From positions 60,001-92,000 of the forward strand of contig CAKUIA010000007.1 of NCBI GenBank assembly GCA_934660865.1: a stretch of DNA of 32,000 nt. The letters are read 5' to 3'. The notes beneath the pieces are model-generated. The model was not told the DNA's origin. It did no database searches and worked only from the letters and a program-made list of their open reading frames with translations. How positions within the stretch are numbered: the first letter of the stretch is position 1; each line of letters opens with the position of its first letter. A program made the position numbers and the translations under genes. This document shows positions 15,593 to 23,489 of this stretch, piece after piece. This DNA is from an uncultured Opitutales bacterium (GTDB taxonomy: Bacteria > Verrucomicrobiota > Verrucomicrobiia > Opitutales > Intestinicryptomonadaceae).

Positions 15593-17443
15593 TTATTTTG
15601 CGTTTTGCGCCTGAGCTTGGGGCGAGTTTGCGCCAAGTTCGTACAACGCCGCCGACAACTTGGGAGCCAGCAACACAAGCTCGCCGTTTACAAGCGCATA
15701 TTGTTCGTTTGCCGAAATTCTCTCCCCGAAGGGAATCTGCAATGTCGAAATTTCGTCGGTTCCCGTACCGGGGGTTGAAATCTCTATGGAAAGCCTGTAA
15801 AGCCAGTCGCTTTTTTTGGAGTTTACCGTATACGACGTTTGGTCGGCAACGCCCTTTGCATAGGCCTTAACGTAGAACTTTTTTGCAAATTCCGCCAATG
15901 TTTTAAGTGCGTTTTTCTTAGGCAGCGAAAGGTTCTGCGCGCCGCCCAAAATTTCGCCGTTTTGTGCCGCGGCAAAAAATACCTGTTTTTCGCTCTTTAT
16001 ATCCGAAATGGAGATGGAAACAATTTTCGACTTTTCGGGCATCGAAAACGACAGCCTGCTTTTGTAGTCCAAAAAGTCGGGCTTAAAATTGCGTATAAGC
16101 TCGCCGCTAATCCCGTAAATGCTCGGAGAGGAATCTACCTTTGCATAGTACAATGTGGCGGCACCCTCTTTGTAGGATTTGCCTATGCTTATGCTTTTGC
16201 GCACGTTGTCGGCAAAGGCCAAAGTTATTTTTACAGCAGGATTGTCCAAGCCGAATTGCGCCAAATTTTCGTCGGGCAAATCGCTTACATACGAATATGC
16301 TATTGTGTTGCGCAAGGCCGACAATACGCGCGAAACCGTTGTTGTATCGGCGCTTGTAGGGGCGATTACCGTTTCGCCGCGCCTGCCCGAAACGTCCCAC
16401 GCGTCGCCCACTTTCTTAAGATTTACCATATCCGCGTCCGACGCGATTTCTATCTGCTGGCACGAATGTTCGGGAAATCTGAAAATGTTTTTTTCCCTCA
16501 GGGAATTTTGCAGGGCCGCAAGGTTTTCGAACGGGGCCAAATCAAGAGTAAATATCGTCGGGTTGTCGGCGATTTTGGCGTAGATTTTCCCCTTGGCGGA
16601 ATCGGCCTTGCCGAAATAGATTGTCTGCGAGCGGTTTGTTCCGTCGAGCGTCATGGAAATCGGCCACGACATTGCGTCCAGCCCGGCTTCAACCTCGCTT
16701 ACGTTTTCGAAGCTTTTTATCAGCGCCGACGAAACGGCGTTTATAAAGGCGTCTACCGCATGGCTCGAGGCCGCCGCCGAAATGGGGGTTTCGAAACGCC
16801 ATTTACCCTCGGCATTGCGGGTTAGCCCTATTCTTTTCCACGAAGTTTTCGCCCTTGTTTTTGCGTCTTCCACCGGAAGCCTTAAGGTTATCGAGGCAAT
16901 CTCGAATTTCGGAATGTCTATAACGCTTTGGCTGCGCAGGCGCTCTATGTCTACCATAAGCGCGTCGGCAAGCTCCCTGTCGGCAACAACAACCCTGTTT
17001 TGCATGGAGTCGAGCATATACACCTTGTCGCCGACCGACGCATTTTTGCCTATTTTAAGAGAATACATTGTTTTGCCGTCGCCGTATTTGAAAACGCAAA
17101 CGGGATTTTTCAGGCCGTAGTCGTCCAAACTCTGCCCGTGCGACGCTATTTCCGAAACGGGAAAGCCGTTTTCGCTGTCCAAAAACTCAAGGTTTCTTAA
17201 AATTCTGTTTACGGCAAAATAGTTTGCCTGCCACTGTATGGGCGAAATTATGCGCCATTTGTTGTTTTCGAACACCAAAATGCGGGGTTTGTCCACATTC
17301 TTGCCGTCTACCTGAAGCCTTGTAATTTCAACCAAAGCCCTTTGGCTTTGTTCGGGAACAGCCTGCGAAAATTCAAGTTTAAATATCGCAAGCAGCGCGG
17401 CGACATTGGCAATCAGAAGAAAAATCGTAAAACGTATCCGCAT
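15593..17443 (-). CDS. DUF4340-family protein (accessory protein of GldG-type ABC systems)
   Basis: 616 aa with an N-terminal TM helix (IFLLIANVAALLAIF). Contains NKWRIISPIQWQANYFAVNRILRNL and repeated YGLKNP / FGLDNPAVKITLAF motifs typical of DUF4340. It starts 6 nt after the GldG-like gene. Confidence 0.6.
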   Translation of the reverse strand: MRIRFTIFLLIANVAALLAIFKLEFSQAVPEQSQRALVEITRLQVDGKNVDKPRILVFENNKWRIISPIQWQANYFAVNRILRNLEFLDSENGFPVSEIASHGQSLDDYGLKNPVCVFKYGDGKTMYSLKIGKNASVGDKVYMLDSMQNRVVVADRELADALMVDIERLRSQSVIDIPKFEIASITLRLPVEDAKTRAKTSWKRIGLTRNAEGKWRFETPISAAASSHAVDAFINAVSSALIKSFENVSEVEAGLDAMSWPISMTLDGTNRSQTIYFGKADSAKGKIYAKIADNPTIFTLDLAPFENLAALQNSLREKNIFRFPEHSCQQIEIASDADMVNLKKVGDAWDVSGRRGETVIAPTSADTTTVSRVLSALRNTIAYSYVSDLPDENLAQFGLDNPAVKITLAFADNVRKSISIGKSYKEGAATLYYAKVDSSPSIYGISGELIRNFKPDFLDYKSRLSFSMPEKSKIVSISISDIKSEKQVFFAAAQNGEILGGAQNLSLPKKNALKTLAEFAKKFYVKAYAKGVADQTSYTVNSKKSDWLYRLSIEISTPGTGTDEISTLQIPFGERISANEQYALVNGELVLLAPKLSAALYELGANSPQAQAQNAK

Positions 17444-17449
17444 AAAAAA

Positions 17450-18931
17450 CTACCTCCTAAAGAAAGAAACCAAAAGACCGACTATTGCAATAAATGCAGG
17501 CAAAAGCGCAAATCTGAACGCAAGCGCAAACACGTCGCCCTCGCTTAGGGTAATGGAATACTTGCTCATCGAACGCGGCACAATGTTTAGCATACTGTCC
17601 CTTTCAAGCATCCAGTTTACGGTGTTGTATAAAAGCTTTGAATTGCCCAAACGGTTAAAAAGCCTGTTCGAGGCAAAGTCTTCGTCGCCGAATACCGCAA
17701 GCTTGCCGCCGGGTATCTTAAGCCCCAAGTCGTTGTTGCCCGTGCGCGAGGCCACCATTGCAACGGGAACGGGGCCTTTAAAATCCACGGCTTCGTCGTA
17801 CTTAAAGCCCGAGTTTTTGTAGTTTTTTTCGGCCCAGCTTGCGGGCGTGCTGTACATTAAAACGTCGCTTTTAATGCTTTCGTCTATGGCGGCGCCCAAA
17901 TCCTGCCTTACCATTCTAGTCGAGCCGAACTGGAGCGGCAAATCGGCGTCTACCAAATAGCGGACAATCTTGTGTGGGTTTTGCGAAAAGCTTTTTACGA
18001 CCAAGTCGCCCCCCGTGCTTTCGCCCGAGTTTGCGGATTCTATTACCATTGCGTCGTCGGTGCGAATGCCCCAGTCGAACAAAATTTCGTCCAACCCGTT
18101 TGTGTCGCCCATGCCGAAAAACATTATTATGTTGCCGTTCGATTTTAGCAGGTAGTTTTTAAGCAAATCTATTTCGCGCGGCAAAAAGGTGGCCTGCGGG
18201 GCGGCAATTACAATAAGGGCGGCGTTTTGGGGGATTTGTTTTGCCTCGGTAAGGTTTAAGTCGGCAATTTTAAAGTTGCGGCTTGTAAGGTACGACGCAA
18301 ATTCCGACATGCCCCGTAAAGGGTCTGCGCTGCGGTAGCTCATTTCGCCGTGGCCCGAAAGGAAATATATTTTGCCGTCGTCGTTTTGGGTTACCGAAAG
18401 CATTGCCGAGCTTATCGCCTGCTCGCCCTTCCACGAAACCTTGTTAGGGGCGTTTAGGTCGTACAAATCCGAAAGGCTTAAAATCTTGAATTTTTTTGCG
18501 GCGTTGTTCGAAACAATCACGCTGTTTTCTATGTCCTTGCCGAATTTCGAAACGATTTCCTCTACCTTTTTGCTTTCTATGTGCGGGTTTATGAAATGCG
18601 CCCTTATCTTAGCCGAATTTTTCATCGACAAATATTCGTATTGGGCAAGCGTTTTGTGCAGGTCTTTTAAAACCGAATCGCCGTCAAGGTCGCCAATGCC
18701 GCGCCTTACGGTAATATAGATGTCTATGGGCTCTTTTAGGCCGGTTATATAGGCCGTGCTTTCAAGCGAAAGCGAATTTTTACGGTTTTCGGAAAGGTCG
18801 AACTTAAAATAGTGCCTTGCCGCCAAAAAGTTTAGCGACAAGAACAGCAAAATGCCCAAAAAAATCTGAATTGTAAGGTTCAGCGTATTGGCCTTGCGCG
18901 CAAATCTAAAATCTCTAAAAGCCGCTCTCAT
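17450..18931 (-). CDS. GldG-like ABC-transporter auxiliary protein
   Basis: I moved the start to the ATG at 18931, which overlaps the permease stop as ATGA. It has N- and C-terminal TM helices and the motifs IYFLSGHGEMS and LIVIAAPQATFLPREIDLLKNYL. Confidence 0.7.
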   Translation of the reverse strand: MRAAFRDFRFARKANTLNLTIQIFLGILLFLSLNFLAARHYFKFDLSENRKNSLSLESTAYITGLKEPIDIYITVRRGIGDLDGDSVLKDLHKTLAQYEYLSMKNSAKIRAHFINPHIESKKVEEIVSKFGKDIENSVIVSNNAAKKFKILSLSDLYDLNAPNKVSWKGEQAISSAMLSVTQNDDGKIYFLSGHGEMSYRSADPLRGMSEFASYLTSRNFKIADLNLTEAKQIPQNAALIVIAAPQATFLPREIDLLKNYLLKSNGNIIMFFGMGDTNGLDEILFDWGIRTDDAMVIESANSGESTGGDLVVKSFSQNPHKIVRYLVDADLPLQFGSTRMVRQDLGAAIDESIKSDVLMYSTPASWAEKNYKNSGFKYDEAVDFKGPVPVAMVASRTGNNDLGLKIPGGKLAVFGDEDFASNRLFNRLGNSKLLYNTVNWMLERDSMLNIVPRSMSKYSITLSEGDVFALAFRFALLPAFIAIVGLLVSFFRR

Positions 18932-19692
18932 CTGCGTATGTCCATAACTATGGTTGTTATCGCCAAAAACAGGGCGCAAATGCTGGAATAGTAAAAGAAG
19001 GGCCTAGTGTCGAGCATTGCCGAGCCGAAATCCTCCAAATGCTTGAATGTTTGCATATAGTCGGCCAAAGCCCCAAACCACGCAAAGCTTCCGCTTTCGG
19101 GAACGTAGAACTTGTTTAAAAGCCCGCCTCCTATAAGCACGCAAAACAGCATGCAAAAACTCAGCATTGCGGCAACCAGCGTAGTGCGCGTCAAAGACGA
19201 GGCAAAAACGCCTATGGCAACATAGCTTAGCCCGCTTATGAAAATAAACAGATAGCCCGAAACCGTTTCGCCAAGCGAAAACACGCCGCCGTTTACCGCC
19301 GAATGCGGGACAAACCAAAGCGTTATAAGCGGAAACACCAGCGTTATCGCCCAAAGCAGAACATAGTATAGGTAGCACGCCGCAAATTTTGCCGCAACTA
19401 TCTGGAATATGCTGACGGGCGTTGTCATTAAGGCGTCTAGTACGCCCGATTTTTTTTCGTCGGCAAAGCTGCGCATTGTAAGAATGGGCACCAAAAACAA
19501 AACGGGAATCCAAAACACGGCCAAAAACTTTTCGGTTGCCGACACGGTAGAGGCCCTTTCGCTTAAATCCACCAAACTTAGCAGGTATATAAAGCCCATA
19601 AACGCCGTAAACAGCACGCCGGCAACGTATGTAGACGGACTTAGCATCATCATATACACCTGATTCGAAAACATTGTATAAAATTTTTTCAT
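18928..19692 (-). CDS. ABC-2 type permease (GldF-like)
   Basis: 254 aa, with about six hydrophobic segments. It lies directly between the ABC ATPase and the GldG-like gene. Confidence 0.7.
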   Translation of the reverse strand: MKKFYTMFSNQVYMMMLSPSTYVAGVLFTAFMGFIYLLSLVDLSERASTVSATEKFLAVFWIPVLFLVPILTMRSFADEKKSGVLDALMTTPVSIFQIVAAKFAACYLYYVLLWAITLVFPLITLWFVPHSAVNGGVFSLGETVSGYLFIFISGLSYVAIGVFASSLTRTTLVAAMLSFCMLFCVLIGGGLLNKFYVPESGSFAWFGALADYMQTFKHLEDFGSAMLDTRPFFYYSSICALFLAITTIVMDIRR

Positions 19693-19699
19693 GCGCTTT

Positions 19700-20704
19700 T
19701 TACGAGTCTTTGTTTTTTATATCCACAACGCTTTCCCAGCTGCGTTTTGTTGCCGCCATAAATATGTCTTCCAAAGTGGGCTTTTTGCGGTAAACCTCCC
19801 TAAGGCGCAAGGCCGTGTCTTTCGAAAGTTCGCAAACTATCTTTTCGCCCATATCCTCCAATATCGGCGTTTTTACGGTAAATTCCGAAAAACCTTCGCC
19901 GTCTTGCTTTGTTGCGGAATCCAAAACAAGCGAGGAGTCTATTATGCCGAGCAGACCGCGCATTTGTTCTTCGGTTGCCTTTGCCGATATTTTGTAGACG
20001 CTTTCGGTTATAAATTCGCGGCGCAATTCGTCGGGGCTGCCGTTGGCCACAATTTCGCCCTGGTTTATTATTATAACCCTGTCGCACATAAGCTCTATTT
20101 CGGGCAATATGTGGCTGCTTATAATAACGCTCATTTCGCCCCTAAGCGAATTTATAAGGCGGCGTATGGCCAAAATTTGGTGGGGGTCCAGCCCAATGGT
20201 GGGCTCGTCCATAATAATTACCTCGGGCTTTGCCAAAATGGCGTCGGCAATGCCAACCCTTTGCCTAAAGCCCTTCGAAAGATTGCCTATTATGCGCTTT
20301 GCCGCCTTTCTTTTAAGCTGGCAAATTTCCATAACCTCGTCTACGCGGGCCTTGTATTCGCGGCGGAGCAACCCCTTAATTTTAGCCCTGTAGCGCAGAT
20401 ATTCTATAACGCGCATATCTTCGGGCAGGGGGTTGTTTTCTAGCATAAAGCCTATGTGTTTTTGCGCCAAGTCGGGGTAGTTTGCAACGCTTTCGCCGCA
20501 AATGTATGCGCAGCCGCTTGTGGCGGGCATTAACCCGCTTATTATGCGCATTGTGGTGCTTTTGCCCGCCCCGTTTGGGCCCAAAAAACCGAGTATCTCG
20601 CCCTTTTTAATCGAGAACGAGACATCGTCTAAAGCTTTCAGTTCGCCGTATTTCTTTGTTAAGTGGCTTACGACGACCGAATAATTTTCGCCCGCTTCGG
20701 CCAT
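19700..20704 (-). CDS. ABC transporter ATP-binding protein (GldA-like) with a C-terminal extension
   Basis: Walker A GPNGAGKST, signature LSKGFRQR, Walker B VIIMDEPTIGLD, H-loop SSHIL. Confidence 0.85.
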   Translation of the reverse strand: MAEAGENYSVVVSHLTKKYGELKALDDVSFSIKKGEILGFLGPNGAGKSTTMRIISGLMPATSGCAYICGESVANYPDLAQKHIGFMLENNPLPEDMRVIEYLRYRAKIKGLLRREYKARVDEVMEICQLKRKAAKRIIGNLSKGFRQRVGIADAILAKPEVIIMDEPTIGLDPHQILAIRRLINSLRGEMSVIISSHILPEIELMCDRVIIINQGEIVANGSPDELRREFITESVYKISAKATEEQMRGLLGIIDSSLVLDSATKQDGEGFSEFTVKTPILEDMGEKIVCELSKDTALRLREVYRKKPTLEDIFMAATKRSWESVVDIKNKDS

Positions 20705-20716
20705 AGCGAATTTCGG

Positions 20717-21076
20717 CTATGCCACTTTCTTTGCTATATACGACTTAATGTCGCCCAAAGTGCGCAATGTGGCAATATCGTCGTTGTCTATCGAAGTGCC
20801 AATGGCTTCTTCTACGGCAAGCACAATTTCCACCATTGTAAGCGAATCGAAACCCAACTCGTCGGTAATTACCATATCGTCGGAGGGGTTTTTAAGAAGG
20901 GGTTTTTTGTCGTCTTCGGCAAATCTTTCGAGAATGCCCAAAACTATGGGGGTAATCAATGCAATATTGCCGGTTTTTCTGAAAGATACGGCCGCGTCTA
21001 TAGTCTCTTGCGAGCATTTTTTAAGGTTCTCTCTAAGAACCGCTTCGTCTTCTGCTGATAAGTTCATATTGTTCAT
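20717..21076 (-). CDS. Stand-alone acyl/peptidyl carrier protein with an N-terminal extension of about 40 aa
   Basis: 119 aa. The phosphopantetheine attachment motif LGFDSLTMVEIV places the Ser at residue 78. It ends 12 nt upstream of the ABC ATPase start. Confidence 0.65.
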   Translation of the reverse strand: MNNMNLSAEDEAVLRENLKKCSQETIDAAVSFRKTGNIALITPIVLGILERFAEDDKKPLLKNPSDDMVITDELGFDSLTMVEIVLAVEEAIGTSIDNDDIATLRTLGDIKSYIAKKVA

Positions 21077-21113
21077 AAAAGTAAGTATTAAAATTTTGCC
21101 GAGCTTTTCAATT

Positions 21114-23468
21114 CTATTTTTTATCGGAAAACTTGTCTACAATTTCGTTTTTTTCCACAACAAGGTTTTTAACCGTGCCCGCGTCGCAATATACGCCAAG
21201 TTTCGGCATATAGGGGCTTTTTGCGAACCGGTTGTTTACAACTGCAACATTCTCGCAGTGGGCAAAGTAGAACGAACCGCGGTAGTTGTGCGCAACAACC
21301 CTCGGGTTTTCGTTTATTATCTTGTTGTCCTTAAATATAAGGTTCTTTGTATTATTTGCGTATGCAATTAACCCGCAACTATTTATAAAAGTATTGTTTT
21401 CGAACAGCACATTGTTCAATATGGGGTAGCACTTCCTTACGGTAGAAGGATCTACCTCTAAATATACGCTAAGGGAAATGTCGCGGGCAAAGCCGTCGTT
21501 CTTGCCGCCTGCAGTTGCGTTGGCGTTTTCGAATGTGCAGTTTTTTACCACAATGTTCGAAGCTCCGTACCCTTCGCTCCAAACATTGAACGTATAGCCG
21601 CTTTCTATTTTCAGCGCCCCGCTTTCGTGGTGCTTAAAGCGGCAGTTGTCTACGGTAATGTCGCTTGCCAAAAGCAGAATTCCCCTTGCCCTGTTGTCGT
21701 GGAAATACGAATTGCGCAGTATTATGTTTTTAGAGCCGAAGCGGCGGTTGAACATAACAAAGCCGTCTTTTGTCTGCTTGGGCAGCTTTTCCTTGAATGT
21801 TATGTAGTGCTCGCCTTTAATCTTGTTGGGCATAACCTTTATCGCCGTTATCGTTCCCGTAAAGCCCGTGGGCGAATAGTCGGAATGGCGAAGCTCTATT
21901 TTGTCGCCAATGCCGTATTGGTTTACGGTCCTAAAATTTTTGGTTCTTAGCGTGTTTTCGTTAAGGGCAAAGGCGTATCCCGTGTTGTCGTGAACGTTAA
22001 GGCAGTCGTCGGCCCCGTACGAAAATTCGCAGTTTTCTATTTTTAAATAGCCGCACGAGCTTGCTATGTGGAAGTGGTCGGCAGCCGACGTTATATAGCG
22101 CTTGTTTACGCCCCTGCCAAACGGCGGCACAATTTTAACGTTGCGGACAATCCAGTGGTTTTGCGTGCCGCCCGCGCTCATCGCGTGGCCTGCGGTAGAA
22201 TATATGTTTACGTTTTCGAGCAGCATGTGCGAATTGCTTTGCATGGTAATGCCCGTCATGTGGTAGTAGTAGTGCTGCAGCCTAAAGAAATAGCCCTTTT
22301 GCAAAACGCCGAAGTTTGCCTTGCGGGTGTGCACTCTTAGCACATTGCCCGAAAGCCATTCGGTTTTTATGCTTTTGTCTTTGTAGTTGTTTATGCCAAA
22401 GCCCGAAGCGCCGTCTAGGCCCACCGTTTGGTTTTTAACGTCGTAGCGCGAAAGCATTGTAAGTTTAACGTCTTTGCGCGGGAATTTTTCGTATTCTACA
22501 AACTTTATGTCGAAATATTTTGAGGGCTCAATGCCCACAACTTCTACTAAGCTTGCAATGGGGTCTATGCTCCAATCCCAATCTATGTTGAAATTTTTAA
22601 ACTCTACCCTTTCGCAATTTTTTATGTCTATATCGTTGTGGTATTGCTTTTGGAATATAAAGGTGCTGTTGTTTGCGTCGAAAACAAAGTCCTTTAGACC
22701 GTCGAATATAACGGCCGCGTTCTCCCTAAAATAGTAGGTGCCCTTTTCCATTACAAGCTTGGCGGCCGAATTGCTTTTACAAAAGTCTATAAGCTCGTTT
22801 AGCTTGGCGGTAATGCTTTCGGGGGCGTTCGGCACAATGCCGTAGTCTTTTGCGTTTATAACCAAGCCGCCTTTGTTTGCGGGCTTTTTAATGTCGAACT
22901 CTTTTGCGCCCTTTGGCAGCACAAAGTTTGCCGATTTTGCGTCGCCAAAACTCTTTGTTATGTCTAAAAACTCTATATTGTCGCCCTCGTATACGGCAAG
23001 ATTTGCTATTTTGCCCGAAAGATTGCCGTGCGCCATAATGGTAAGCTGGTAGTCGTCGTTGTCGTTGGTGGCAACCGAGCAGCGAAACTCCCTAAAAGTC
23101 GGCGCATAGTGCCTGTTTTGCGAAGTCAAATTCCAATAGGGCATACCCGCAGCCTTGTCGGAACGCACAAAAATATGCAAAAACTGGTCAGGACTTAGGC
23201 TGTGCGAGTTGTCTATTAAAAAGTCGAATTTTATGGTATATTTGGTGTTCGGCTTTAAAACGCCCTTTTTGGTTATGAATATTGTCCTGTATTTGCCGTC
23301 GTTTTTGGCAACCGAAAAGTCAAGTCCGTCGTCGTCGTTTTCGGAAACGTACGAGCCGCCCCTTGTGCCTACCTGCCTGTCGAAGCCCTCAAAAACCGGT
23401 GTGTTTGCGGCCTGGGCTGCAAGGCAAAACAACATTGCAAATACAAACGGAATAAATTTTTTGAGCAT
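21114..23468 (-). CDS. Secreted right-handed beta-helix (pectin-lyase-fold) glycoside hydrolase-like protein with an N-terminal CBM-like beta-sandwich
   Basis: Signal peptide MLKKFIPFVFAMLFCLAAQAAN. Contains AKDYGIVPNAPESITAKLNELIDF, a pectate-lyase-3/GH28/GH110-type entry motif. Repeated NV/NC...F.N beta-helix coils follow (ILRNSYFHDNRARGILL, VDNCRFKH, VKNCTFEN, FENNTFIN, FKDNKIIN, VVNNRF). Confidence 0.55.
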   Translation of the reverse strand: MLKKFIPFVFAMLFCLAAQAANTPVFEGFDRQVGTRGGSYVSENDDDGLDFSVAKNDGKYRTIFITKKGVLKPNTKYTIKFDFLIDNSHSLSPDQFLHIFVRSDKAAGMPYWNLTSQNRHYAPTFREFRCSVATNDNDDYQLTIMAHGNLSGKIANLAVYEGDNIEFLDITKSFGDAKSANFVLPKGAKEFDIKKPANKGGLVINAKDYGIVPNAPESITAKLNELIDFCKSNSAAKLVMEKGTYYFRENAAVIFDGLKDFVFDANNSTFIFQKQYHNDIDIKNCERVEFKNFNIDWDWSIDPIASLVEVVGIEPSKYFDIKFVEYEKFPRKDVKLTMLSRYDVKNQTVGLDGASGFGINNYKDKSIKTEWLSGNVLRVHTRKANFGVLQKGYFFRLQHYYYHMTGITMQSNSHMLLENVNIYSTAGHAMSAGGTQNHWIVRNVKIVPPFGRGVNKRYITSAADHFHIASSCGYLKIENCEFSYGADDCLNVHDNTGYAFALNENTLRTKNFRTVNQYGIGDKIELRHSDYSPTGFTGTITAIKVMPNKIKGEHYITFKEKLPKQTKDGFVMFNRRFGSKNIILRNSYFHDNRARGILLLASDITVDNCRFKHHESGALKIESGYTFNVWSEGYGASNIVVKNCTFENANATAGGKNDGFARDISLSVYLEVDPSTVRKCYPILNNVLFENNTFINSCGLIAYANNTKNLIFKDNKIINENPRVVAHNYRGSFYFAHCENVAVVNNRFAKSPYMPKLGVYCDAGTVKNLVVEKNEIVDKFSDKK

Positions 23469-23489
23469 ATTTTTCGGGATATTTTATAA

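Noticed and set aside
15839-16825. 328-aa plus-strand ORF antisense to the DUF4340 gene
   Set aside because: Its composition is low-complexity and Arg/Gly/Phe-rich, typical of an antisense shadow frame. It lies wholly inside a well-supported minus-strand gene in a tightly coupled operon.
19691-20443. 250-aa plus-strand ORF antisense to the ABC ATPase gene
   Set aside because: The minus strand encodes intact Walker A, signature and Walker B motifs. The plus-strand translation has no recognisable features and is a shadow ORF.
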